A stretch of 41,029 nt of DNA from positions 1-41,029 of the IMG/VR virus record IMGVR_UViG_3300017766_002845; one strand, 5' to 3'. This DNA is from a virus. Taxonomy: Duplodnaviria; Caudoviricetes. Within the stretch, counting starts at the first letter, position 1. Every line of letters starts with the position of its first letter. Positions 18,623 through 26,515 of this stretch are shown here, piece by piece. Below the pieces are notes generated by a model. It was not told the DNA's origin, did no database searches, and saw only the letters and a program-made list of their open reading frames with translations. The position numbers were made by a program, and so were the translations under genes.

Positions 18623-18978
18623 TCGGCGCGCTGTACACCGCACTGGGTGGCGTGCTGCTGGCCGTGGCTGCGTTCTTCTACGGCCAGGAGGTTGGCGAGG
18701 ACGCGGCCTTGGCCAAGCAGAAGACCATCGAGGACGTGGCCGAGGCGGTCTACGACAAGGCGCAGCAGGGGGCGGCTGACGCCATCGCCAAGTTGAAGCC
18801 CCGCAACGTGACCATCCGACAGGAGCTAGAACGTGAAATTCAAACCAACACTGTTTACCGTGAGTGCCGCGTTCCTGCTACTGGGGTGCGCCTCGCCAAC
18901 GAAGCCCTTGCCGGTGGCGCCGAGCCCGTTGGTGGTGGCCAGCTGCCCGGCGCCGACGCCGCTATCCCCCGACCCTGA
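18619..18978 (+). CDS. i-spanin (Rz-like)
   Basis: N-terminal TM, helical periplasmic domain, YRECRVP; follows the endolysin. Confidence 0.75.
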   Translation: MIGALYTALGGVLLAVAAFFYGQEVGEDAALAKQKTIEDVAEAVYDKAQQGAADAIAKLKPRNVTIRQELEREIQTNTVYRECRVPATGVRLANEALAGGAEPVGGGQLPGADAAIPRP

Positions 18979-19069
18979 CGGTACCGCCAGCATGGGCGCC
19001 GTGCTAGACAAGCTGGTCGCCCTCGCCGGGCAGTACCTTGAATGCCGGGCCGCCGCCCTCGCGCAGTAG
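18833..19069 (+). CDS. o-spanin lipoprotein (Rz1-like), overlapping the i-spanin
   Basis: AGGAG RBS, GTG start, lipobox LLLG-C, Pro-rich body with SCP and YLECR. Confidence 0.8.
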   Translation: MKFKPTLFTVSAAFLLLGCASPTKPLPVAPSPLVVASCPAPTPLSPDPDGTASMGAVLDKLVALAGQYLECRAAALAQ

Positions 19070-19237
19070 GCTCTCCACAAAGGCGGCGCCCATGATCGGC
19101 GCAGGAGGCTTCACAGCCGCCCAACGCCACCCTGCAATTGCCAGCTTGAGATCGGCGCGCAGAGCCCGGTTCTCGTCATTCGCTTGAGCCGCAAACTCTT
19201 CTAGGGTCTTGCGGTTCCAGGTGGAAAAATCGGTCAC
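19004..19237 (-). CDS. hypothetical protein
   Basis: GTG start overlapping the helicase stop; DFSTWNRKTLEEFA; 3' end overlaps the o-spanin convergently. Confidence 0.55.
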   Translation of the reverse strand: MTDFSTWNRKTLEEFAAQANDENRALRADLKLAIAGWRWAAVKPPAPIMGAAFVESLLREGGGPAFKVLPGEGDQLV

Positions 19238-20670
19238 TGGTTTTCCTTGCGGTTCATGTAGTCGAGCAGCAGGTCTTGCACGCTGCGTTTTGAGGCGCGG
19301 CGCTCCACCGCCACCTCATCGACGGTGTCCTCGGCCACGAGATAGTACAGCGACACCACCCGGTTATGGCCCGACTGCAGCTGGCGCACGGGGCCAATGC
19401 GCTGCAGCAGCTGGTCGTGGGTGTCGAGGTCAAAGCTCTGCCCGAAGAAGCACAGGTTCCAGCACACGTCCTGCAGGCCGTCAACCCCATGGCCGAGCGA
19501 CTGCGGGTGGCACAGACCCAGCACGCTGCGCCCGTCCATGAAAGCCTCAAACCCTGCCTCGGTGGCCAGGTCGACGGCCTGGGGGTAGGCCTTCATGATC
19601 CGGGTCTTCTCGTGCTTGTAGTTGTACGAGATCATCAGCGGCGCGCCGCCCAGTTCGTTGATCACCGAGTCGAGCGCGTCGATCTTGGCGTAGCTGACCT
19701 CGACCCACTTGTCCTTGCCGTAGCGCTCGGGGTCCAGGTACACCGCACCGCCGGCTGCCTGCAGGCACTTGCTGCTCTTGCTGGCGGCGCTGAACACCTC
19801 GATCTCCACGCCGTTGCCGAGCTCCAGGAAGAGCTCCTTCTCCAGCGCGCGGTACTTGGCTCGGGCCGAGGGCTCGAGCTCCACCGGCACCGGCACCACG
19901 CGTAGCTCGTCGATGGGGAACCAGTCCTTGGGGTCAAGCGTGAGGCACACGTCCTGCAGCCGGGACATGATGTCGTCCTGGCTGTGCGGGAAGATGATCG
20001 TCTGGATGTGCTCTTTGTGCGGGTTGATGGCGTCGCGCACCCGGCGGTAACCGAACCACCGCTGCTCGAACGCGTCAAAGGTGCGGCCCAGGCGCACGCC
20101 CTCGTCGATGAACCACTGCTGCCCCCACAGATCCTTCAGCCCGTTTGGGGCCGGCGCGCCGGTGAGGTTCTTCCAGTATTTGACCTTGCTGTGCGCCACC
20201 GAGGCCAGGGCCTGCGCGCGCTTCGTGCCCTGCAGCAGCCGGAACCCTTTCAGCTTGGTGGCCTCGTCGGGGATGACGGTGCGGAACGGCCAGCGCGGGC
20301 CCAGCGTGTCGACCAGCCAGACGATGTTCTCGTAGTTCAGGGTCATGACCTGGGTGTTGCCGCGCATCACGTCGGCCAGCACCCGCTCGCGCTGGTCCGG
20401 GTCGCCGGTGCAGGCGCTCACCGACAGGTCGCTCAGGTGCTCCCACTTCGCAGCCTCGGTGGTCCAGCCGCGCTTGGCCACGCGCAGCGGGCCGAGCACC
20501 AGGGTGGGGTCGGACTCGCCCAGCACGTTGTGGTGGATGTCCAGCCAGGTCTCGGCGATGGACGTCTTGCCCATGCCCATGCCGGCCCACAGCGAATTCC
20601 GATTGGCGCTGGCCAGGAAGTCGAGGGCCTGGGCGAAGAACGCTCGGGGGGTGTAGACGCGGCGGGTCAC
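19234..20670 (-). CDS. SNF2-like SF2 helicase
   Basis: GMGMGKT Walker A, DEATKLK, LTGAPAPNG, GHGVDGLQ, QLLQRIG. Confidence 0.9.
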   Translation of the reverse strand: MTRRVYTPRAFFAQALDFLASANRNSLWAGMGMGKTSIAETWLDIHHNVLGESDPTLVLGPLRVAKRGWTTEAAKWEHLSDLSVSACTGDPDQRERVLADVMRGNTQVMTLNYENIVWLVDTLGPRWPFRTVIPDEATKLKGFRLLQGTKRAQALASVAHSKVKYWKNLTGAPAPNGLKDLWGQQWFIDEGVRLGRTFDAFEQRWFGYRRVRDAINPHKEHIQTIIFPHSQDDIMSRLQDVCLTLDPKDWFPIDELRVVPVPVELEPSARAKYRALEKELFLELGNGVEIEVFSAASKSSKCLQAAGGAVYLDPERYGKDKWVEVSYAKIDALDSVINELGGAPLMISYNYKHEKTRIMKAYPQAVDLATEAGFEAFMDGRSVLGLCHPQSLGHGVDGLQDVCWNLCFFGQSFDLDTHDQLLQRIGPVRQLQSGHNRVVSLYYLVAEDTVDEVAVERRASKRSVQDLLLDYMNRKENQ

Positions 20671-20846
20671 TTGGCCGCCGCCCTGCGCAGCGCGCCGCGC
20701 ACCACCTCGCGAGTGACGTTGAAGCGTTCGGCTATCTTGCGCTGGCTCATTCCGCCAGCGGCCAGGGTGGCCACGCGCTTCTCGTCGATGGGGTAGGGCT
20801 TCGGCCCGCTGCCGGGGCGGGCGCCGCCGTGGTTGCGGTTGTTCAT
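20667..20846 (-). CDS. small HTH DNA-binding protein
   Basis: HGGARPGSGPKP followed by MSQRKIAERFNVTREVV helix-turn-helix. Confidence 0.7.
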   Translation of the reverse strand: MNNRNHGGARPGSGPKPYPIDEKRVATLAAGGMSQRKIAERFNVTREVVRGALRRAAAK

Positions 20847-21118
20847 CGCCGTGCCTTCCACGCCTTGTAGGCGGTGAGAATGGCGCGCGCCTGGCGGTCA
20901 GTGAGGATGCCCCGCTGGCGGGCCTTGCGGATCACGCTGTCCTGCAGCTTCAGCGCGATAAACGCCTTGTTCTCGCTGCCCTCGGCGGCGACCACGATGT
21001 CGAACAGCCGGGTGAACGCCGGCACCTTGCTGGCGGGGATGTAGTTCAGGGTGCGCCGGTCGTGCTGGTGCGACAGCATGCCGGTGGAGTGCGCAACGGT
21101 GGTGGCGTAGATGGTCAT
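20843..21118 (-). CDS. hypothetical protein
   Basis: ATGA-coupled in the operon; GC3 bias. Confidence 0.65.
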   Translation of the reverse strand: MTIYATTVAHSTGMLSHQHDRRTLNYIPASKVPAFTRLFDIVVAAEGSENKAFIALKLQDSVIRKARQRGILTDRQARAILTAYKAWKARR

Positions 21119-21432
21119 GGGAAAGCCTCGTCGATCTGTTCAAAGGTGCCGAGCACCAGCACGCGCTGGCCGACCTTGCGCATGCGCTCGTGCTCGCGGT
21201 CTTGGGCGCGCTCGTGCGCGTTGGAAGGGAAGTGCTTGATGGTCTGGGGGTTCTTGACCTCGACCCACGTCGTGCCTTCGTTGAAGGTCATGCGCCCTTC
21301 GCCGTCGTGGCTGGGCAGCATCACCACCCGGTCGGGCGCCTTGCTGCGGCCGCCCCAGTGCACCTTGCGGATCTCGCCACCCAGCGCCTTGACCTTGGCG
21401 ACGAGGTACTCTTCGACGGTGGACTCACGCAT
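21115..21432 (-). CDS. VRR-NUC domain nuclease
   Basis: MRESTVEEYLV...APDRVV...WVEVK PD-(D/E)xK motif; AAGGGG RBS. Confidence 0.85.
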   Translation of the reverse strand: MRESTVEEYLVAKVKALGGEIRKVHWGGRSKAPDRVVMLPSHDGEGRMTFNEGTTWVEVKNPQTIKHFPSNAHERAQDREHERMRKVGQRVLVLGTFEQIDEAFP

Positions 21433-21946
21433 GGCCGTCCCCTTTCTTGACCAGTCGCACGTCGCACGCCTCGATCTCGCCATAGGTGGTGCGCAGGATA
21501 ATGTGGGTTTTGCGGTTCTCCAGTCCACCCGGCTCGTGCCAGTCGTCCGGTCCGTCCTGCGTGTAATAGACGCCGCCACGCTCAGGAAAGCGCGTGCCGG
21601 TGTGCGCCACGCGCTTGCCTTCAACCAACACCACGCGGTCGACGTGGCCGTGCTTGGGGTAGTACGGGTAGGCGAGCAACGCCTCGCGCGAACCGTCGCT
21701 TAGTGGGTAGTAAATGATCGAGCGCTCGTTGCCACCAAACTTGCGCCGCTCCACTTCCAGCTTGGCCACGGCCTGCAGAAAGTAGCGCGGTGGCGTGTCC
21801 ATGCCGGTCATCTTTTGCGCGAGCGCTTCGATCTCGGGTGTGTCGATCAGGTCGTCCCACCGCAGCGGGTAGCCGACGCGCTTGATCCAGCGCGGGACGA
21901 CAACCCGCACCTGGTCGCCGGGGCGGTAGATGTGCGGCTTAGACAT
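21425..21946 (-). CDS. hypothetical protein
   Basis: 173-aa ORF overlapping both neighbours in the operon. Confidence 0.6.
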   Translation of the reverse strand: MSKPHIYRPGDQVRVVVPRWIKRVGYPLRWDDLIDTPEIEALAQKMTGMDTPPRYFLQAVAKLEVERRKFGGNERSIIYYPLSDGSREALLAYPYYPKHGHVDRVVLVEGKRVAHTGTRFPERGGVYYTQDGPDDWHEPGGLENRKTHIILRTTYGEIEACDVRLVKKGDGHA

Positions 21947-22169
21947 CGCGCTTCCCCCAGTGGATGCAGCCGAACTTCGGGCCGACGTAAACCCCGGCGC
22001 TGTAACCCTCGTAGTCCCAGCCGGCGGCGCGGTCGATGGCCACGCGCGGGGTCTGGTCGTTGCTGTCGACCATCAACTCGCAGCTGCCGCCGTGAGGGTT
22101 TGTCGCGCCGGGGTACTTGACCGGGGTGTAGTGCTTGCACTTGTCGCAGGTGTGGCGGGGGTTAGACAT
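21939..22169 (-). CDS. small Cys-containing hypothetical protein
   Basis: CDKCKH...GSC...GPKFGCIHW, possibly zinc-binding. Confidence 0.65.
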   Translation of the reverse strand: MSNPRHTCDKCKHYTPVKYPGATNPHGGSCELMVDSNDQTPRVAIDRAAGWDYEGYSAGVYVGPKFGCIHWGKRDV

Positions 22170-22440
22170 GCTCGATCTCCCGGGTGTCCTGCTCGACCGG
22201 GTCCGGGTCGTCGGGCAGCGGGGTTAAGACGACGTCGCTGACGAACTTGACCGGCGTGCCGGCGATGCGCGGGCCGCGCGCAGCCGGGTGCACGTTGTCG
22301 GGGTCCACGGCCCAGACAGGGCCGAGCACGTTTACCTCGTGGACGTGGCGCACGGTGAAGACCATGCCAAGGTACCACACGGCGGTCGGCACCCCTGCGG
22401 TGCGGGTCACGATGGCGCGCTGGTTTGGTTTGCAGTTCAT
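22162..22440 (-). CDS. hypothetical protein
   Basis: MNCKPNQRAIV...LTPLPD; GGAG RBS before ATG 22440. Confidence 0.65.
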   Translation of the reverse strand: MNCKPNQRAIVTRTAGVPTAVWYLGMVFTVRHVHEVNVLGPVWAVDPDNVHPAARGPRIAGTPVKFVSDVVLTPLPDDPDPVEQDTREIEHV

Positions 22441-22550
22441 GGCTGTACTCCAGGCCCACAGGTGATGATGACGAGCAGGCCGACGATGGCGATGATGGTG
22501 ATGGCGAACCACCACAGAGCGCCGTAGCCGGCGGGTTTGAAGTCGTCCAT
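22437..22550 (-). CDS. 37-aa single-TM membrane peptide
   Basis: Not in the ORF track: MDDFKPAGYGALWWFAITIIAIVGLLVIITCGPGVQP; stop overlaps the next ATG. Confidence 0.6.
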   Translation of the reverse strand: MDDFKPAGYGALWWFAITIIAIVGLLVIITCGPGVQP

Positions 22551-22553
22551 GGC

Positions 22554-22883
22554 TCAGGCCTCCAGCCGGGTGACCAGCGCGCGGGCGGCGGCGAGCGCCT
22601 GCTCACGGGCCTGCAGCACAGCGTCCTCGAAGGAGGCGTGGTGCACCGACGACATGTTGTACTTGACGCTTTGGACCTTGGCCCAGTACAGCCCCTTGTG
22701 CGCCGGGTAGACCGTGACCAAGATGTCCTTGGCGCGGACATAGAACTTGGTGGACCCGCTGGGCTTGACCTCCCAGACGTGGGCGGGGAAGCGCTTGGCC
22801 AAAGCGTCGCGCAGTTCGGTGGCGGCTTGGCGATTCTGTTCGATCAGGTTGCTGATCTCATCCGGGGTGACGTAGTTGCCCAT
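22554..22883 (-). CDS. hypothetical protein, first gene after the promoter
   Basis: ATG 22883 with GGAG RBS; MGNYVTPDEI... Confidence 0.7.
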   Translation of the reverse strand: MGNYVTPDEISNLIEQNRQAATELRDALAKRFPAHVWEVKPSGSTKFYVRAKDILVTVYPAHKGLYWAKVQSVKYNMSSVHHASFEDAVLQAREQALAAARALVTRLEA

Positions 22884-22921
22884 GTGAACTCCAGTAGTTG
22901 CCTGCTCAACTCGGCAGGTGG

Positions 22922-23269
22922 CTACATTATAGCACATGCTGAAGACTTGAACAAGCCCCTATTTTTCAGGCGGTTGACCAGCGAGGGCAGCGACTGCAGG
23001 TGATCGGGGTTGCAGCACCGGGCGTTGTGGCAGACGTGGTCCACCTCGTGGCCCTCGGGGACTGGCCCGTAGAAAATCTCGAACATCAGGACGTGCACCA
23101 GCTTCTTGGTGTGCTTGCCGTTGACGTGCAACGTGATGCGCGGGTAGCCGTACACCGGGCGCGACAGCTGGCCGTCGTGCTCCCAGCAGCCGGTGCCCTC
23201 CAGCTGGCCCTCGGGGATGGAGGTGTGGGCCACCAGCCGGTGGTACAGGTCGCGGTACTGCTGGTTCAC
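22922..23269 (-). CDS. HNH endonuclease
   Basis: GCWEH...GYPRI...VH...VDHVCHNARCCNPDHL; GTG start overlaps the upstream stop. Confidence 0.85.
   Translation of the reverse strand: MNQQYRDLYHRLVAHTSIPEGQLEGTGCWEHDGQLSRPVYGYPRITLHVNGKHTKKLVHVLMFEIFYGPVPEGHEVDHVCHNARCCNPDHLQSLPSLVNRLKNRGLFKSSACAIM
22926..22954 (-). promoter_or_regulatory. sigma70 promoter with embedded palindromic operator
   Basis: Minus strand TTGTTC-17 nt-TATAAT with extended TG; operator tagcacatgctg at 22930-22941. Confidence 0.75.
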
Positions 23270-23493
23270 GGCTGCTCGTCCGAGTAGAAGCCCAGCACCA
23301 TCTGGTGTGGGCGGGCCGGCCCTTCGGGCGTGGCAAAGCGCCGGTCGTGCTCGGCCTGCAGCCGCGCGGCCTCGCGCCTGGCGCTGCCCTCCTCGCGGTG
23401 CGACGACACGCTGGTGGCGCGGGTCCAGTCGCTGTGCCGCACAACAAGCCATCGCCAGCTGGCGATGGGGTCTGGCCATGCGCTGAAGATCAT
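23266..23493 (-). CDS. hypothetical protein
   Basis: 75-aa ORF filling the gap between DUF1643 and HNH. Confidence 0.55.
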   Translation of the reverse strand: MIFSAWPDPIASWRWLVVRHSDWTRATSVSSHREEGSARREAARLQAEHDRRFATPEGPARPHQMVLGFYSDEQP

Positions 23494-23495
23494 GA

Positions 23496-24005
23496 TCAGA
23501 CCCAGAATTTAGCCATGGATTTTTTGTACGAGATGTACAGCGGGTGCTTGGGGTGGCCGGCCTGCGTGGTCTCCAGCACCAGCGGCATCACGCCCAGTTC
23601 TTCAGCCGTCGCGCGGACGAAGTTGACTCGGGCGATGACCTCCTTGCTGCTGAAGGCGCCCCACGCACATAGGAAACCGTTGCCGCCGTAGGTGTTCAGG
23701 ACGTGGCGCACCTGCGCGTCGTTCAGCGGCCCGACTGGGTAGCCGGCGCGGCGCATGTCCAGTGGGTCTGTGGCGCGGTAGGCAAACAGGTTGACCACCT
23801 CGATACCGGTGAAGCCGTGGCGGTCGGCGAAACCCACGCACTTCTTGATCGTGGCGTCGTCCTCGCTGCCGTCGGCCGTGCTCGGGTTGAGCATGACGAT
23901 GGGCAGCGTGGTGTGGACCTGGTCGAACTTGTCCCACCGGCGCCAGAGACGGTAGCGGAAAGCGTTGCAGTCGGAGATGAGTGCGCCGGTGTCGGTGTAG
24001 TTCAC
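23496..24005 (-). CDS. DUF1643 family protein
   Basis: RYRLWRRW, MLNPSTAD, DDATIKKC, VVNLFAYRATDP, AWG, PKHPLY. Confidence 0.9.
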   Translation of the reverse strand: MNYTDTGALISDCNAFRYRLWRRWDKFDQVHTTLPIVMLNPSTADGSEDDATIKKCVGFADRHGFTGIEVVNLFAYRATDPLDMRRAGYPVGPLNDAQVRHVLNTYGGNGFLCAWGAFSSKEVIARVNFVRATAEELGVMPLVLETTQAGHPKHPLYISYKKSMAKFWV

Positions 24006-26140
24006 TTGTGATACCTCTTCGTTTCAAAGCCGGCGGCTGCCAGCGGTGCGTCGGGCGCCCACTTCGGGGGCGTCGCCATGATCTCGGCCAGGCGGTCGGC
24101 GCTGTGCGCGTCGCTGTCTGGCACCTCGGTGACCAGTTCGTCGTGGACGTGCAGCACGATCTCGTAGCCCTCATTCTCGGCCGGCTGCATGCCGTTGGCC
24201 AGCACGTCACGAGCCCAGGCCTGGTCCCAGTTCTCGATGAACTTGCCGCCATAGCTCTTGATCCGCGCCCACTGCCGGGTGTACTGGTTCACGCCCAGGT
24301 AGCTGATCTGTCCGTCCTCTGCGACGCGCGGCGCCAGGTAGCACAGATACCGGCCGGACGGCAGGCGCACGCGCAGCCACGAGCCGTCGACCTGGACCTT
24401 GATGTGTCGGCCCACGGGGAAGGCTTCCTTGGGGTTGGCGATGGCCAGCTTCACGGCCTCCGAGGCGTCGGCCCACAGCTGCTTGGTCGCGGGGTGGGCC
24501 GTGCGCCACATCGCCTTCAGCGCCTCGCAGGCCACGTACACGTTGCGCTCAAGGCCCAGCGTGCGCTTCTTCTTGGTGGCCCACTCATGCATGCCGTAGG
24601 CCGAGGCCAGCACGTCCTTGCTGGCGGTGCTGTGCACAGCGTCGGCCAGCACGGCGAGGTCCATCTTGTACACGGCGGCGAAAGTGATGAAGGCAGCCAC
24701 GCCACCCTCGTAGCCCAGGCCGAGCTCCATCACCTTGCCGATCTGGCGCTTGTACCCGGTGGCGTCCTTCGGGTCGGTGTTGAACGCCCGGGCGTAGGCC
24801 AGCTTGTAGAGGTCGGGGCCCTTGCCCTGGTCGAAGTCGCGGAAGGCCTTGAGCTTCCACTCCTCGTTGCCGAGGTAGGCCAGCCCACGGCCCTCGATGT
24901 TGGACAAGTCGGCCACGGCCAGCTTCTTATGGGGCGGCGCGATGATCAGGCCGCGCACCAGGTTCGAGGTGAGCGCCATCACGTCGGTAAAGATGTCGTT
25001 GGCGAAGCCGCCCTTGAGCGCGGCCACGCCCTGCTCCTCGTACTCGCGCACCAGCGCTTCGTCGTCGGCCTCGAGATCCTTGGTGCTGCACAGGAAGTGG
25101 TCGGCCATGTGGCCCATGTCCGGCCGTGGCATGTTGTGCGGTTGCAGGATGCGACCGGCCCAGCGCGTGGTGCGCTGCGCCCCGGCGAACTGCGTGGTGT
25201 TGCGCACGCGGCCATCGGCCGAGGCGCTGTTGATCACGGCCTGGTACTTGGCGGTCGAGGTCTTGGTGGCCTCCAGGCGCAGCGAGATCAGCAGCTTGAC
25301 GCCCTCTGGGAGCTCGGGGTCTTCGAGCCGGCGGCGCAGCGTGTCGGCGCGCATGTCCGGCAGGTCGACGCCGTACTCGGCCAGGATGTAGAACAGCATG
25401 TCGTCGCGCTTGCTGGGCCCGCTCACGAGCCCGTCGGTGGCGTCCTGGACCCGGTGCTTCAGGCGGGCCTTCTCGATGTCCACCGCGCGCACGGCGGCGT
25501 GCGCCAGGTCGAGGTCGATGCAGATGCCCCGGTCGTTGACGCGCTGGTCAAGGCACCACAGGTTGTGCTCGGGGTGGCCGATGCGGTAGTTCCACTTGGG
25601 CAGCTTCTGGTGGATGGCGCGCATGGCCACGATGTCCTGGCGGCTGTACTCGAGGAACTCGTCCCACTCGTCTGGGTGCGTCCAGCGGGTGGCGCGGCGC
25701 TCCTTCATGTTCTTCGGGCGCGGCTTGCAGAACAGCTGGATCAGCTGCTTGCCGCGCTTGTCCTTTTGCTGGTCGCTGTCGATGTTGAGCGCGGCGCCGA
25801 TCTTGTCCAGGCCCCCCGGCAGCCCGTGCGCCATGGCCTGCACCATCGTGTCGATGATGCGCTCCGGGTCGACCTTGACGCCCCAGACGTGGCGCATCAG
25901 CGTCCGGTCGAAGTGGCTGTTGTGCAGCACCACCGGCGTGGTCTTCTCGTGCAGCCAGTGCGTGAGTTCTTCGCCGCGCTTGCGCGCGGTCAGGTCTTCG
26001 ACCACCGGCTCAGCGTCGCCCAACGCCCACTGCGCGATCATGATCTCGGTGCTGGGGTGCTCGGCGTAGCGGTGCGTGCCGGCGCTCTTCAGGTCGGCTT
26101 CGCTGAATGTCTCGGTGTCGAGGTAGAGGGGAGTGGTCAT
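24002..26140 (-). CDS. family A DNA polymerase with 3'-5' exonuclease
   Basis: DTET and HNSHFDR exonuclease motifs; DLSNIEGR (A), RQIGKVMELGLGY (B), VHDE (C). Confidence 0.95.
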   Translation of the reverse strand: MTTPLYLDTETFSEADLKSAGTHRYAEHPSTEIMIAQWALGDAEPVVEDLTARKRGEELTHWLHEKTTPVVLHNSHFDRTLMRHVWGVKVDPERIIDTMVQAMAHGLPGGLDKIGAALNIDSDQQKDKRGKQLIQLFCKPRPKNMKERRATRWTHPDEWDEFLEYSRQDIVAMRAIHQKLPKWNYRIGHPEHNLWCLDQRVNDRGICIDLDLAHAAVRAVDIEKARLKHRVQDATDGLVSGPSKRDDMLFYILAEYGVDLPDMRADTLRRRLEDPELPEGVKLLISLRLEATKTSTAKYQAVINSASADGRVRNTTQFAGAQRTTRWAGRILQPHNMPRPDMGHMADHFLCSTKDLEADDEALVREYEEQGVAALKGGFANDIFTDVMALTSNLVRGLIIAPPHKKLAVADLSNIEGRGLAYLGNEEWKLKAFRDFDQGKGPDLYKLAYARAFNTDPKDATGYKRQIGKVMELGLGYEGGVAAFITFAAVYKMDLAVLADAVHSTASKDVLASAYGMHEWATKKKRTLGLERNVYVACEALKAMWRTAHPATKQLWADASEAVKLAIANPKEAFPVGRHIKVQVDGSWLRVRLPSGRYLCYLAPRVAEDGQISYLGVNQYTRQWARIKSYGGKFIENWDQAWARDVLANGMQPAENEGYEIVLHVHDELVTEVPDSDAHSADRLAEIMATPPKWAPDAPLAAAGFETKRYHK

Positions 26141-26234
26141 AGGTCAGGAGTGGCGGGGCTCGATACCCAACGTCTTTGCTGCGCGTATAGCCAGCAACGC
26201 GATGCGCTTCGCCACACCCCTGACCTATGCCCAC
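26133..26234 (-). ncRNA. multi-branched structured RNA that sequesters the PolA start codon
   Basis: cataggtcagg/cctgacctatg (11 bp) plus gtggcg/cgccac stems enclosing ttgctg/cagcaa and ggg-tatcgag-ccc hairpins. Confidence 0.55.
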
Positions 26235-26240
26235 TGGGCA

Positions 26241-26390
26241 AGGAGCTATTCTGCAGATCCCCCGATATGCGTTGCCGCGTGGGCGGGGTACTTAAACGAT
26301 GGGGCCAAAGTCAGTGGCGGGCACCCCATCGTTGATCATCTGCAGCTTCTTAACCAGGTAGCTACCCTGGCAGGATTCCCCACGCCCCGC
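26241..26390 (-). ncRNA. structured non-coding element with nested or pseudoknotted stems
   Basis: aacgatgggg/ccccatcgtt, ctgcagat/atctgcag, ccagg-7 nt-cctgg, gcgggg/ccccgc; no credible ORF. Confidence 0.45.
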
Positions 26391-26407
26391 ATTGTTCTCG
26401 CTGTGTA

Positions 26408-26480
26408 GGGAAGGCACCGGAATCGAACCGGTCTCCAGCTGCTACTGCAGCTGCCACAGCGCCTTGCCGTGTTGCCCCCC
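26408..26480 (-). tRNA. atypical tRNA-like gene (pseudo-tRNA, non-canonical anticodon loop, no encoded CCA)
   Basis: GGGGGGC AA CACG-GCAAGGCGC-TGTG G CAGCT-GCAGTAGC-AGCTG GAG ACCGG-TTCGATT-CCGGT GCCTTCC C, a 73-nt cloverleaf. Confidence 0.7.
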
Positions 26481-26515
26481 GCACACAGCCCTCGTGAGAG
26501 GGCTGCGGGCTCAGT

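Noticed and set aside
26147-26480. tmRNA (GGGGGGC 5' end, G3:U70, 3' segment GACG..GGGU..CCCGCCACUCC, about 330 nt)
   Set aside because: Both ends pair better locally; no convincing tag ORF and no 3' CCA
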